Counted from the first letter of the stretch, positions 12,881-28,021 are shown. The stretch is DNA of 64,000 bases from the human T2T-CHM13v2.0 reference genome, Homo sapiens (GCF_009914755.1 NC_060928.1), one strand, 5' to 3'. Notes: generated by a model not told the origin, from the sequence alone. Made by a program: numbers and translations.

Positions 12881-13851
12881 AAAACTCATTGCCATTCTGG
12901 CATAACCATTTGCCTTAATCAACTTGCAATAATGATGTTAATCAAAATGGTGGTGAGTACATTACTTACAATTTTAAAACATCAGTCTTGTTACAATTTT
13001 ACCTTTATGGTCCATGCCAGTGGTTAGATTTCCTTTTAACCACTTTTGGGCACTGCTTTAGGAGTTAAACAGCAAAGCATTAAAAAATATATAATTTTCA
13101 TGTATTAGAACTTCATTTATAAACCATTTGAATTAGATGTGCCTGAATTATCTCATATAATGAAATGTGTTAAAGCATGACTGTGGTGCAAAATTCTTCA
13201 AATTTTATAAAAATAAACATTTTTTCCATAGAAAACTTTAAATCATTAGGGTGAGAATTGTGCATAAGGAGCAGAGAAGTGTAATGAACAAATGGGTAAT
13301 GGCCTCTATTCTTCACTTTCTCCTGGAACTTTGAACAAAAGAGAGTCTACAGAAAGGAAGTCATTGGAAAATTTATGAAGTTTTGAGAACCTGCAGTTTG
13401 CCTGTTGCTAATTCAGAATCTATATTAGAAAGTACATTATTCCAAAATATATAATGGCATTCATATTTTTTATTATTCCTAAGAAAACCTTTTAATATTA
13501 GAAAATTTGATTTCAATTACATTACTAGAGAATAAAAACGGTAGTGTTCTTATGAGTGATTGTAAAAGAAATCTTATGCCTCATTTCCTTAAGATTTCAG
13601 GTCAATTATATATTTATATTCTTTCCCAGTAAGCAAAATTTTGCTGAATTATTATTTTTCTTTTTAACTTTTGGAAACTTTCCCAGAGACTTCAAAGGGT
13701 CTGTAGACCTCAGACAATAGAGTGTTTCTTAACAGTGTCCAGGAATAAAAACTAAATTATAAAAACAGTCAATTAACAAAAAACTAGAACATACTTAATG
13801 GCAACTTGCTACATTTTGCCAACTTGCTCTCCCCAGTGAAGTCCCCTTTAC

Positions 13852-13859
13852 CTGTACAT
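13852..13859 (-). CDS. TMPRSS11B: TMPRSS11B coding exon 1 (ATG TAC AG = M-Y-R)
   Basis: Minus strand reads ...cagaacattATGTACAG|gtaaag; joins exon 2 in phase 2 to give MYRHGISSQR, the known TMPRSS11B N-terminus. Confidence 0.9.
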
Positions 13860-14016
13860 AATGTTCTGATTGTTATGGCAGTATCAGGTATAACGGTGGT
13901 AATGATGATGACGAAGATAACGATAACGATGACAATGCTGGTAATAGTGATGACAAAAGTTAGAACCTTCTGACGCAGCTTTTGACTTATGTGCTACATC
14001 CAGTGTTGGAGCTTGG

Positions 14017-14024
14017 TTTTTATG
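14017..14024 (-). promoter_or_regulatory. Candidate TATA-variant (CATAAAAA) of the TMPRSS11B promoter
   Basis: CATAAAAA on minus strand ~160 nt upstream of the ATG; would place the TSS near 13990. Motif only, not validated. Confidence 0.45.
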
Positions 14025-14339
14025 GGCTGGGTAAGATGTAGAGAACAAATAAGATGAAACTTGTCTGACTAGTGTTAATGACCATCACATTTCTGTAGTT
14101 TCAAGACAGGAGTTAACCCAAGAATGACAAACTTCCTTGACTTGGCGATTTAGAAAAAATTACGGCCCAGTTTGGTCAGCTAAGAGGCACACCCAAGAAA
14201 CAGCTTTGAAGTATGTAGGGGTAATCCTAACTCTATATTTTACCAATTCCATTATACTGCCTTGTCTCTTCTCAATTGAAACTAACTATAACTAGTTAAA
14301 AGTTTCTGACAAATGTCGTTTTACAATACGTCAATTTTA

Positions 14340-17300
14340 ATATGGCAAATATTGCCATCATTCTCATGCAGATGAAATTCTATTTCATTGTGGTTTGCAT
14401 TTGCTTTTCCTTAATTACCTGTGAGAATAATCGTTTCACATATTTTGAGGGAATTTGGATTTTCACTTTTGAGAATCCTGTTCATAAGTTTAGTTTTTCA
14501 TCAACAGGCAGCAGATGGTAAGGAAAAAAAAATGGGTTGCTAATCTTTTTTTCTTATAGTTATATGTGAGTTCCTTATATGATCTGGATATTAATGTATT
14601 ATTATACTGGATATTAACCAGTTATGTTCACCTATTTATTAATTACCTGTCCCCAGGGTGCAGCTTGACATTTCATTATGTAAAGAGATTTCAGTTCTTT
14701 AAAAACTTCAAGAATCCATTTACTTTTGTAATGACATGAAATGATAATTTAATTTTATATTGTCTTAATTTGAAATTATTTTTTCTTACTAATAACCTGT
14801 TTTCCAAGACTTTTTTATTGCAGAGTTCATCTTTTCTCTACGGATGTGTGAGGCCTCCTATATCATATACAAAATCTGCATGTTTCTTAACTCTCTATTC
14901 TGTTCCAATAGTCTATTTACCTTTTCTTCTGTCAATACTAAATAGTTTTAATTACTATAGATCAGGAGTCAGCAAGCATTTTCTGTAAAGTGCCCAGACA
15001 ATAAACGTTTGAGGCTTTGTAGGCCATATGGTCTCCATTGCAACTATTAAATTTTCCCATTGCAGCACAAAAACAGCCAAAAATGCTAAGTAAAAAAATA
15101 CATGCAGGCATGGCTGTTTTCCAGTATTTACTTATAAAAGCAAATGGTGAACCAGGTCCATGGGTTGTAGTTTTCCAGCCCCTGCTGCAGATTACAGTAG
15201 GTCATGATTTCTGAAAGCATATGTTTTCTCAAACACTTCTTCAAATTTATATTGGTAATTCTTAACTTTCTATTCTGCCATATGCTTTGAGGATCAGCTT
15301 ATTAAGTCCCATTATTAAGTCCCAAGAAAATATTTTGAGATTTTGAGATTTCAATAGAAATTCTATTTATTTCACAGAATAGTTTGGAAAGATTCAACAT
15401 CTTATATTGTTAACTGTTTATCAGCATGATGTATCTTTCTATTTATTCATTAATTTTGTTTTGTCATTTTACTCATAAAGTGATATAAGGCACATCTTTT
15501 TTATATTTATTCCTCTGTTTGAAGTTTTTCTCATAGTCATGAATAATATTTTTCCTGTTAAATTTTCTAATTATTTATTGCTAGTGTGTAGGAATGTTAC
15601 TGATTGGTATTAGTAAGTAGCATGCCCAGCAAATTTGTTTAGCTACTTTTAAAATTAATAGCTGTCTTTAGATTCTTTGAATTTTCTATATAGATGATTA
15701 TGTTGTCTTTAAATATTAAGATTTCCAAATATCATTCAGTACAGTTCCTTCCTTTCTTGGATTGGCTTTCCTTCAGTTTCTGGTATTTTTTGTCACTCTC
15801 CACTGCCTTCATATGGTTAATTTTTATATTATTTTCCAAAGTGTATAATTATTAACTCTAGAAGGCCTGAATATAAGGTAGTTTGCCATTACTGGAATGC
15901 TTAAACAGTAACTTTTAAAGAACAGAATTTCTTAATTTTAATTTAAAATTTATCAATCTTTGCTTTTAAGTTTAGTGTTTCATGTATACGTGTATGTGGT
16001 CTAAGAATTCTTTGCTTTTCACAAAGACATTCTCCCATGTTTTATTCTAGAAACTTTAGTGAGTTACCATTTGCACTTAGATTAATAATTCACATAGAAT
16101 TTATTTTTGTGTACATGATGAAGTGGGATTAAAGGTGTATTTATTTTTATTGGCTTTTAATTTTGCCATTATTGTGCCATATCACACTGTTTTAATTAAT
16201 GAAGTTATAAAAGGTCTTGATAACTGGTAATATAAGTCCATATTTATTTTCCTTGTTCAATGTTGTCTTGGCTTTTTTCAGTCCATTGCATTTACTTCTA
16301 AATCTTAACACTATCTGATCAATTTCTAAAGAGAAATCTCTAGAATTTTGTTGATATTGCATTGAATGTACAGATAAATTGGAGGATAATTGACTTCTTA
16401 AAATAGTAAAGCTTCCAATCCATGGACTTGGTATACATTCATCCATTTAGATTTTCTTTAATTTTTCTCAATATCTGGATAGAAGTCATACCTGTTTCCC
16501 TACAATTAATCTATGTGTTTCATATTTTTCTGTCCTGTTATAAATAGTATTATTCCTTGAATTTTGTGTTACATTTGTTGCCAGCATATTGAGATACAAT
16601 TGATTTTTATATAACAAGAAAATGGATTAATTTATTAATTTTTTTTGTTTGGACATCTTTTCAAATTTTTGGCATATATGTACATCGTCTTGTCATCTGC
16701 ATAAACAGTGTTACTTCTTTTCCATTGCTTATATTTTTTATTTTGTTTTGTTTGATTAAATGATTTTTTATTTTTTTTATTTTTTTTATTTTTTTGGCTT
16801 ATGGCATAGAATTCCAGTATACTATTGAATGGAATGGTGATAGCAGGGATTCTTTGCTATTTTCCCAATTTCAGAGAAAGACTAAGTATTTCACCACTAA
16901 GTAGAATGTTTTCTGTCACTTTATCAAATTAAGGAAATTGTCTTGTTTTTTGTTTGCTACGTTTTTACAATAAACAGAGTTTGAATTTGACCAAATCCTT
17001 TTGTCTGCATTTATTGAGATAATCATGTCTACTTTTATCTTATGAATGTCATGATCTACATTGACTCATATTTAAATGTTAAGCCAACCTTGCATTTCTG
17101 GAATAACCTCAACTTGATTGCAATTTATGACACTTTATATATCACTGGGTTTCATATGCTAATATTTTGTTTAAGATTTTTTGATACATACTTCTGAGAG
17201 ACAATGACATATAATTTTCCTGTCTTTTATTTTCGTTGTTAAGTTTCACAGCTGAGCTTATGTTAGCCTTATAAAACAAGCTGGAAAGTAACTTTTATTG
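14340..17300 (-). mobile_element. Fragmented old L1M
   Basis: Degenerate T-rich L1 ORF2 antisense motifs (cattgtggtttgcatttgc, gatattgcattgaatgtacagataaattgg). Confidence 0.7.
14962..15184. mobile_element. MER58A-type DNA transposon nested in L1M
   Basis: caggagtcagcaagcattttctgtaaag...ccagcccctg termini. Confidence 0.75.
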
Positions 17301-18529
17301 CAAATTATTTGAAAATTTATATATATATATATACAAAAGGCAAGTTGCCAAAACTAATATGGTATCACTATAAGGAGATCTACCCGCCCTTCAGGGATAC
17401 CACATTTTGGACTTTGCATAAACTTGAAATAAACTTTTCTTTTACAAGCCCATCAAGATTTGAGAATTTATCTGTTGAAACAGATAATACAAATATCTAT
17501 AACTAATAAATATCCTATTTGATGTTTATAGTCAATTAACTTTTTAAACATCTTTAAAAAACTTAAACATTTGAAAATGATAAAGTGTTTGTATTAAATC
17601 TCAATCATTTCACACGCATCCATTCTTCCTTTTGATTTGCTCTAATATCAGAAATAGCCACTGTAGACTGATGAGGTTCTCTAACTTCCCACGGGCCAGC
17701 AGTGTTGCTGCTGAAACAGGATGATCTTTTCTTCCATCTTGAACAAAGCCTAAAGCCTAAAATGTCAGTGTTTATGCCATTTTCTCCCCTTAGCTTCATA
17801 GCCACAAAAGATCTGTCAGTTATGAAGGAGAAGCACATACATCATGTTGTACTTATGGTTACATTGAATCATCATTCTTTAAATGAGTGAGTTAAGAAAC
17901 ATATATTTGTTCCAAGAACACTCCCACAGACTGCATGTCTCAGTTTCAATTCAACCTGAAGTTTCAGTGTCAGCTTGGGTAAGAATTAATCAAATGCTCT
18001 GTAGCAACTGGGATTATCCACCTCATGACTGCACTTCCTCTTCCTGGGTTTCTGTTTTTTTAAAAGCTTTACCATGTCATTCATATCTAGGTATACTTCA
18101 AAATTATTCAAACCAACCTTAAGACTTACAACTGAATCTTCTACAGTAACCCTGGCGCACATACATTTTATAGTTTTCTGAGATCAAATTGCATGTATCT
18201 CATAAGAATTAATTATCACATATTCTTCTACTTGTGTCATACTTGTTTCCCCAAGTAGGATATAAATTCCTGGAGTATAGGGTTTATGTTTTATACTAGT
18301 TTCCATACCTTCCATGTTCTTAGTAAACACTGACAGGTTAATTATTCAATCCTTACAACATGGAAGAGAAAGAAAGACTCCTTCTCCTCCCCTGTTTATT
18401 TCTACATAGTATTTTGTTCTTATTAGCACTATTTTCTTTTCATTTGCAATAATATTTTGAGTTAGATTGGCTGGCAAACTAGCAGAAGCCTTTTTTCATC
18501 CTCAGACATCTTTTACTTATTTATTTATT

Positions 18530-18852
18530 TCCTTATTTATTCATTATATATAATAGACTTCATTTTGTAAAGCAGTTTTAGGTTCACTGCAAAATTAAGT
18601 GGCAGATACAAAGATTTTCCATACATGCCCTCCGCCCCCACACATGCTTAGCCTCTCCGTTTATCAACATGCCCCATCAGAGTGGTACGTTTGTTACAAC
18701 TGATGAACCTAAATTGACATATCATTATCACCCAGACTCCATAATTTACATTAAGTTTCACTCTTGGTATTGTACATTCTATGGGTTTGGACAAATTTGT
18801 AATGGCATGTATCTACCATTATAGTATCATACAGAGTAGTTTCACTGCCCTA
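18530..18852 (-). mobile_element. L1MB/MC-type 3' end
   Basis: agcagttttaggttcactgcaaaatt...gtatcatacagagtagtttcactgcccta. Confidence 0.75.
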
Positions 18853-19551
18853 ATAAATAACGAAGAGGCCTTTTTTACTGCACTGTTCCTTGGTACACTC
18901 ACTTCTGGTAGGACCTACTTCTCAAAATAGCAAAATCAGAAGCTTAAACTTACCAGTACTGTCCATCATGACCCAGCTCTAGGGAATTCCTTTACATTTT
19001 TCAGACTCATGAGACATATCTTTCTAACCAAGATATCTTTTAGTTAACTTAAAATAGGAGGTACCTATTCCCTGTTTATGGAATGCATGACACATAAGAA
19101 GAAAACTCTCAAGGAACCTGGGTTTCCTTCTCAACAAGCATGAGATTTTACAAGTAATACATATATATCAAATCCAAGTATTCTGGAATGTAACTGCTCA
19201 CTTCTATAATCCTTTTAGATTAAAACATCATTTTTACACATTGGTAATTTTTGTTACTGAAAATATAACTTAAATATATGATTGTTTTTCTTTTTTTTAA
19301 CAGTCACCTTAGCTTCAGATTATTATATAAACTGTTCCTACTAAGGAAATTGAGGGAAGATTGACATGCTTTGATAATCCTTGTAAATATAATGAACATT
19401 AATAAAAATCTTTTGATTGTAAGAGACTAAGTTGCTGTTTCATGAGTTTCAGTCTCTTTGTAAAATTAATTACCTCCTAAGGTACTAAGAATATTTACAA
19501 ATGAAACTGCTGAAGTATTACAGCTGTTTACGGAATTTTGATGAATATTTA

Positions 19552-20011
<460 letters not shown>

Positions 20012-20964
20012 CTAAAAATTGGAAGCAATTATTACTTTAAGCCAATATTGGTTCACTTAAAATAATAATTATTTTTTAAATAGATAATCCTAATAAACTC
20101 TCAGAATTACCTCACTTAAAGCAGCAGGTTTTTCCTGGTTTAAGCTCTGATTTCCACATTAGCAGCACCATCTAGAATCCGACCTATATATTTCCCTATG
20201 GAAAGAGTCAATTTTTCATGGCACACAATGGAATTTATATAGTACTGCCTTCATATTTATTTTTAAATAAAGAACTACTTTGTATAGAGAGTATCATTAA
20301 TTTAAAAAATCAAAATAAAACAAAACTACTAAATTCATAGGGTATATGTAAGACTTACAATTGCAAAAGAACTTATTCTTTCCCACATAGTTTTAGTAAG
20401 GATTTGACTGAGTTTATCTGGGTACTTTCCTCCTTTGGTTCCTATATGCCTGTATGCCTGGGAAGCCTCCCACCCTTCTCCCTAACATCCTACTCTCACA
20501 GACCCCCCACCACAACTTGCCTTGGCCAAATCCCATTTTGCCCTTTTTCTCTGTTCATATCGCTTACCTCAGGAACCTCTACACTCCCACTTCATGGTAG
20601 TCCCATTCTTCAATATGAGACCTTCTCACTCCTTTCACTAGCTCTGTAAACCTTACTATATGGCGTTCTCTGGAAGTCACAGTATGCTTTCTGCAACTTC
20701 TTTAGGACCTCAATCTCTTCTCCAAACATCCACTCCATATTCTTGCTCAAAGTAGAACCTGTCTTTCCTCCAGTATGCAGATTTCATTGCCGCCCTCCTA
20801 TAAGGTGCCCATTATTTACCCACCACTCCTTTTACTGCTGTCCCTATAGGTGAAGTGCGTGTACTCCTCACTCCTCAGTGCCGCTTCCAGACCTCTGCTC
20901 TCTAAAATCAGATTGTATGCTACTATGCCTTCATCTGGTGGGGTGTATTTCAGATTCATATGGA

Positions 20965-22010
20965 AGGTGTAGTATACTACAAAAAAAGAGGCCACCTATA
21001 GATACCAGGTCTTAATCCCTAGAACCTGTGTTATATATATTTAAAGAAAAAAAATCTTTGAAAATATGATTATGAATTTTGAGTAAAGGAGAATTTTTTT
21101 TTAATTTTAGATACCAGGGTACATGTACAGGTTTGTTACATGAGTATATTGAACCCAGGTAGTGAGCATAGTACCAATAGGTAGTTTTTCAACCCACCAT
21201 ACCATCCTGCCCCCACAGTGTCTATTGTTCCCACATTTATGTCTGCATGTGCTCAATGTTTAGCTTCTACTTAAAAGTGACAACATGAGATACTTGGTTT
21301 TCTGTTCCTGTGTTAATTCACTTAGGATTACAGCCTCCAGCTCCATCAATATTGCTTCAAATGACATGATTTCATTCTTTTTATGGCTGCATAGTATTCC
21401 ATGGTATATATGTATCACATTTTCTTTATCCAGTCCACCACTGATGGGCACCTGGGTTGATTCCATATCTTTGTAATTGTGAATACTGTGTATGTGTCTT
21501 TTTGGTGTAATGATCAATTTTCCTTTGAGTATATAATCAGTAGTGAGATTGCTGGGTCGAATGGTAGCTCTGTTTAAGTTCTTTGTGAAATCTCCACACT
21601 GCTTTCCACAGTGGCTGAACTAATTTATATTCCCAGCAACAGTGTATTAGATTTCCTTTTTCTTCACATTCTTGTCAGCATCTGTTGTCTTTAGACTTTT
21701 TAAAAACAGCCATTCTGACTGATGTGAGATGGCATCTGATTGTAGTTTTGACAAAAACAAGCAGTGGGGAAAGGACTTCCTATTCAATAAATGATCCTGG
21801 GATAGCTGGCTAGCCATATGCAGAAGATTGAAGCTGGATCCTTACCTTTCACCGTACAAAAATTAACTCAAGGTGATTATTCTTGATTGTTCTGGTAGGC
21901 TCTAAATCCAATCACAAGTGTCTTTTAAAGGAGAGGTAAAGAGACAATAAATAGATACTCAAAAGAGGAGCAGGCAGTGTGAAGACAGAGATTGGAGTGA
22001 TGTGACCACA
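20965..22010 (+). mobile_element. MLT1 LTR split by an L1 insertion
   Basis: MLT1 sequence at ~20965-21090 resumes at ~21873 (gattattcttgattgttctggtagg). Confidence 0.65.
21095..21872 (-). mobile_element. Old L1PA with 5' inversion
   Basis: Minus-strand 3' end 21095-21750 joined to plus-strand ORF2 piece 21751-21872 (acaaaaacaagcagtggggaaaggac...). Confidence 0.85.
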
Positions 22011-22019
22011 GTCACTTTA

Positions 22020-22220
22020 GTTTTGTTTAAGTTTTAAATTTTGTGTGTATATAGTAGGAGTATATATTTATGGGGTACAAGAGATACTTCAGTACAAGCA
22101 TACAATGCATAATAATCACATCAGGGTAAATGGGATATCCATCACAGCAAGCATTTATCCTTTCTTTGTGTTACAAACAATCCGATTATCATCTTTTAGT
22201 TATTTGAAAATGCACAATAA
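22020..22220 (-). mobile_element. L1MA 3' end
   Basis: tatatttatggggtacaagagata...aataatcacatcagggtaaatggg. Confidence 0.8.
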
Positions 22221-22229
22221 ATAATTCCC

Positions 22230-22550
22230 TTTCTTTTTGTTTTTTGTTTTGTTTTGTTTTTTTGTTTTGAGACAGGGTCTCACACCTGTTACCCAGGCTG
22301 GAATGCAATGGCGTGATCATGGCTTACTGCAGCCTCAATTTCCCAAGTTCAAGCGATCCTCCTGTCTCAGCCTCGTGAGTAGCTTGGACTACAGGCACAC
22401 ACAACCACACTCAGCTAATTTCTGTATTTTTTTGTAAAGATGGGTTTTTGCTATTTTGCCCAGGCTAGTCTTGAACTCCCGAGCTGAAGTGATTCTCCTG
22501 CCTTGGTCTCCCAAAATGCTGAGATTCAGACATGGGCCACCATGTCTAAC
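22230..22550 (-). mobile_element. AluJ
   Basis: Reverse Alu; TSD ataattccc. Confidence 0.88.
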
Positions 22551-22999
22551 ATAATTCCCACACTTTTGAAGTTCTGTTTGAAGATGTCTTTGTAGGAAGC
22601 CCCACTCAGGACAGATATGTTAATTGAGAAATGAGATAACCCAAAAAATTCACTGTGAATAAAGTGTTGCAGGCAAAAGGGAAAAAGCCTTTACTCTTAC
22701 TTCACACAATATGATTGTGAACCATCATTTTCTAGATTTGCTTTTATCTGTACCTTATAGTAGCTAACAGACAGTACTCAAGTACCTTGTCTATTGGCTG
22801 GCAGTATAATATTTATCACCAGAAGATATTTATCACTAGAAAATAATCTGATTCTTTCTTCAGTAAGCAAAACTTTGGTTTTTCCTCATAGGAGATAATT
22901 ATATGTATGATTTCTCTAACATATAAGAAAAAATACATTCAGTATGAGATCAGCAATTTATGACGTGATTTCAAATTTTAATGTTAAAGCTGAAAGATC

Positions 23000-23318
23000 A
23001 AGTCTAGGTGGGACACTGTAGAAGGCCAACACAGGTGGATCACTTGAGTCCAGGAGTTTGAGACCAGCCTGGCAACATGGCAAAACCCTGTGTCTACAAA
23101 AAAATACAAGAATGAGCTGGGCGTGGTGGCATGTACTGGTAGTCCCGTGTACTCAGGAGGCTCCCCTACTCAGGAGGCTGAGGCAGGTGGATGGCTTGAG
23201 CCTGTGAGGTCGAGACTGCAGTGAACCATGATGATGCCACTGCACTCCAGCCTGGGTGAGACCCTGTCTCAAAAAAAGAAAAAACAAAGCAAAACAACAA
23301 CAACAACAAAAAAAAACC
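23000..23318 (+). mobile_element. AluJ
   Basis: Diverged Alu with small internal duplication (tactcaggaggct). Confidence 0.85.
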
Positions 23319-23652
23319 AGATTAATTCTAGAGTTTGGTACATATTGTCAATAGTCTAAATGTTGCCAGTCTAAGGACATCCAGATAAAAGGTAGTGGGC
23401 GATAGAGCCAAAATCACGTCAGGGATAAAAGGCTTTTGTCTAAATAAGTGAACTTTTAAAAGGGTAAAATTTAACTTTAATAACTTGCTTCTATTTTAAG
23501 TTATTTTTATGCATCATTTTCTTTCTTAGTCTTTTTAATGTTTTAACTGCTTAACTGTTTCACTCTTTCAATTATTTTGTTAGTTGTAATGCAGTTGTCC
23601 ACTTTCTCTTTGTCCAGACGCTTTCTTCCTCAATGTTCTTAAGAACACATCT

Positions 23653-24039
23653 CTGGCAGCCATGAAAAAGAATGAGTTCATGTCCTTTGCAGGGACATGG
23701 ATGAAGCTGGAAACCATCATTCTCAGCAAACTAACACAGGAACAGAAAACCAAACACCGCATGTTCTCACTCATAAGTGGGAGTTGATCGATAAGAACAC
23801 ATGGACACAGGGAGGGGAACATCACACACCGGGGCCTGTTGAGGGGTGGAGGGCAAGGGGAGGGAGAGCATTAGGACAATATCTAACGCATGCAGGGCTT
23901 AAAATCTAGATAACGAGTTGATAGGTGCAGCAAACCACCATGGCACGTGTATACCTATGTTACAAACCTGCACTATCTGCACATGTATTCCAGAACTTAA
24001 AGTAAAATGAAAATAATAATAATAATAATAATAATAATA
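23653..24039 (+). mobile_element. L1PA (PA7/8-like) 3' end
   Basis: L1 3'UTR and (AAT)n tail; TSD aagaacacatct at 23641-23652 and 24040-24051. Confidence 0.93.
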
Positions 24040-24119
24040 AAGAACACATCTATGGTCACTTCTTAATCTCATTTACTTTTTCAAAAGAACTTTAAATTTT
24101 GTAGTTTTTAGGTTTAGTC

Positions 24120-25170
24120 CAAAGTTTTCTCTCTTCTTGCTCTATCGTCTCTCTCTACTGGAGCTTACCCACTCACTCAGCTTAAAATACCACCTATATG
24201 GTGACAATAATAAAATGTATATCTTAAGATCAAACTGCAATTCTTGGTACCAGATTCACTTGTTCAACTCCCCCTACTCACCTGCTCCTTTCACATTCCT
24301 CATAGACATCTCAAGAACATATCCAAGAGTAAGCCCATGATCTCTTCCCCGAAACAAGCTCTTTCTCTTTCCTCGTCTCTTCCCATCTCAGTAAATGGCT
24401 CCCTAGTGGTTTCATTTTGCTGTTAGAAATGAGGGTTCCATTCTTAAAGACTCCTCACTCATCCACTCCCATGCGCCACCAGTTGTCTGTATGGCCAAAT
24501 TTTCTTGCTGAGTGTTTTGAAAATTCATCTGCTTCCTTTTATTACCTCTACTACTACTCCTGTTTATATCACCATCGTTTACTACCTGAACTTCTGCAAA
24601 AGCTTTGTACCTGAGCTCTCCACGTCACACTTGGCTGCCCTGCATGTAACAGCTCTTCTCTAGACAGGGTAGTATGCCTGAAACACAACCCTGACTGGGT
24701 CCTTCAGGTTTAGGATGAAAGAATCCGCAACACAACTTATCAGGCCTAACAGAATCTAGTCCCTGACAACTTCTCAGTCTTATCTCAGGCCATTGTTTCT
24801 CCTTCTCTAAGCTAAAGCCACTGTGGTCTTCCTCACAATTTTCCCACGGTTAAGTTATGCACTTCTGGGCCTTCTCATATGCTAATCTCATAAACTAATC
24901 TCTTGACCAGAACATTCTTCCCCTCATGTCTCATCTGAAAGGCCACTTCTTCCCTATATTGCAAGCTAAGTTAAGTCCCCCTTAGAGACCTTCTTTGCTT
25001 CAATTATGACTTCAAAGGTAATTTTATTCACGTGGTTTTTTTTGTTATTCAATGTCTGTCTTCCTTGCTAGATTGTAGGCAGGGGAGACAGACAGATGTC
25101 TTTTTTTTTTTAAAGTAACTAGATTAAAGCCATGCCCTTTGTACCTGTTTGATCAACATATATTGAATGA
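24120..25170 (+). mobile_element. L2 remnant
   Basis: Degenerate L2 3' motifs (cccatctcagtaaatggc, tattgaatgaat). Confidence 0.65.
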
Positions 25171-26114
25171 ATTATGATATGTCACTTTTTCTTTGACTTA
25201 TTTGGATTTTCTTTTTGGATTTATTTGTATTTACTTTTTAAGTTACAATTTTTTTTTCTTCTCTCTGACTTCTGATAGGCTATCATCCATTATGAGCAAT
25301 GAGTACTTCCCATCTATTTCCTCCAATGTCACACTTTCTAAGCTATGTAACTTAAGAGATTCATAGGCCAACTTCTTATTTTGAAGATAATACTATGTTT
25401 TAACCTGTATTAATAAAACATTTGAACTACTAGATTGTGACCATCTTTTCAAGTATAAACCTTCTCACCTGTTCACAGAGGTGATGTGAACCAACCCTTG
25501 GTCACTGCTCATATGATGATTGGTTATTGGAGAAGATGTGATCCAAAGGACGGGGGAGGCTTCTTTCAAGAAAATAATTTTTGACAAAACCTTCCCAAGT
25601 TCAAGTTTAGTAAGTATGTGAAATTGAATCTTCCAATATGGAAGGTGAGATATTGAAGCATTTGAAGTATTTCTCACATTTTTCCACCTCCTATATATTT
25701 ATTGATAATAAAATGTTACACAAGAATTACCATGGGAAATGTCTTCCTCCCTCTTCTATTTCATTATGAGACACACACACACACAAAAATTGACCACAGA
25801 TAGCATTAGTCCTAAAAGACTCTTTAGGTCGGTATTTATTTCTCTGCCAATTATTCCTTTAAAATAAGCCAAAACAATAATGTAGTATTTATTAAGCAGT
25901 CCAGAAATGTTTAGAGTACCAGAGTTTCTTGAGAAAGGATGCTTTCTAATTCTCTAGTGGTTAAGGAATGTGGCATGTAAGATGTCTCCTCTGGGGAATC
26001 AATTATAATTTTCTCAATGACCTATACCTGGCCAATTTTTGTTTTAGTGTGGCTCTCATGAACAGAATCTGGCTTTTTTTTTTTTTAAAATCAGAATCTC
26101 AGAGCGTACTGGAT

Positions 26115-26775
26115 ACTGTGATGTGCTGCCCAGATTCCCTTTCAAGATCAAAGCAGTCATTCCTCTAGCTGCCAGGAGTTGTACTAGGTTGTAGTTTACA
26201 GCTCATTCCCTACACAGAAATTGCGCTCAACCAAAACAGCAGCCTTCATCCCATGACTAATTACTGCGGAGGAAGTTGGTTTTAAAGCTGGAGTGTCAAG
26301 TGAAATAACTCAGTCGAATACCGCATAGTCTCATTTATAAATTGGAGCTAAACAAGGGCAATACAGAGCAGAATAATAAACACTGGAGACTACAAAAGGT
26401 GGGAGTGTAGTAGAAGCATGAGGGTTAAAAAATTACCTATTGGGTACAATGTTCACTATCGAGGTGATGGGTATAATAAAAGCCCAGGCTTCACCACTAC
26501 ACAATATATGCATGCAATAAATCTGCACTTGTATCCTCTGAATATACAAAAAGTAAAAATTAAATTTTTAAAAGCTAGGGTCTTTGATTGGATTCCAGAC
26601 ATGTCTGAGAGGCCATCTCAGCTTCAGAGCTCTGTGTGATATTGATTGAGGCCCTTGTGGCAACTTCTTCCTCTTCCAAATCTTGCTTCCTCACCTTTTT
26701 CTAGGTATTATTCCTGTAAGCATTGTTCCATAAACCCCTATATGCAAATGTCTGTCACAGAGTCTATTTGCTGAT
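26115..26775 (+). mobile_element. LTR16-type (ERVL) LTR interrupted by an L1MA 3' end (~26295-26570)
   Basis: tgtgctgcccagattcccttt...; nested L1 aaaaattacctattgggtacaatgttcactat. Confidence 0.65.
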
Positions 26776-27644
26776 AATTTACGGCAGATTATCTCTGGCT
26801 TTTAAACGAATCTAACTCATTTATGTTTATTATGATTATGCATGTATTTAGACTTGTTTCTACCATCTTATTTTATGACTTATGTTGATTTGTTTTTATT
26901 GTTATTTTCTTCTTTATAATGAATTAAGCATATTCCTTTTTTTTGTAATCTCTGGCAGTTGAGAAATTGCATATTCTTTCAGTTTACATAATGATAACAA
27001 TGTAATTATCTTATTTCAATGTATGCCTTCAGTTTCTAGCAAAAATTTAAACATATTTGTCTATCATTATCTACGGCTAATAGCATCTACAAGAGAAGAA
27101 TTTTAGCATCCATTCCCTTCTTCTATTAAAATAATCTGGCATTTTAATTTTATAATTTTTTTTGTTTTTGTGTTATATGAGAAATATAATTGCAAGGTAG
27201 AAGTTTTTCTGGTACCTTTCAATCTTTCTTACTTTGGTCTCAAGTATAGTTTTTCTAATGTACATTAATTTTTTTAAACTACATATTTTTAACACTTGAA
27301 AGCTAAATGTGAGCCCCACGCACATCACAAATAATTTCCAAAAGCTAAGCATTAAAAACATAAAATAATATAAAGAATAGAAAAGAACGTTGAAACCTTT
27401 TTATATATTATTAAGTGTGGAAGAATTATGACACAAAACTTATCAGTTTGACAATTTAAAAAATGTAAAGCTGCAATATGATAAATGTCATTTATATAAT
27501 GTTAAAAGCAAGTGACTAATTGAGGAAAAAACTTACTAAATATGTAAAGAGGATTAATATTCATAATATATAAACAGACCCAACACATCAATATGAAAAA
27601 GCAGTCTTCCTAGAAGAAATTTGTATGACTAATTCAAATTAGTC

Positions 27645-28021
27645 TTTACCGAGAAAAGAAAAATAGCTCAGAGCAGTCTGGGCTATGTGAGGTCTGCAAA
27701 ATGTACCAGGATCAGAAAGACATGAGCATAGCAATAAGGCATTTTGTTTCTGACTAGCTGCCTCACCCATTATCTTCATGTTCTTGGAATTTGTGATACA
27801 AAGAACAATATATAGCCACTCTGTAGCTTATATTAATATAAATTCTTAGTAAAGAACTTAAGAACAGCTTCTTTTTCTTTAAAAATCCACTTGCAACTGC
27901 TGCTAATCAGAATGTATATTCAAGGCAACTTGAATCTATGTTCCCAGGTTGCAGTCCTCAAACTTGGTCCAAATAATATCCCTATTTATATTAAATTTGT
28001 CTCAGCTTTTTCCTTTAGACA
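27645..28021 (+). mobile_element. ERV1-class LTR (subfamily uncertain)
   Basis: gaaaagaaaaatagctcagagcagtctg...cctttagaca LTR-like ends. Confidence 0.6.
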
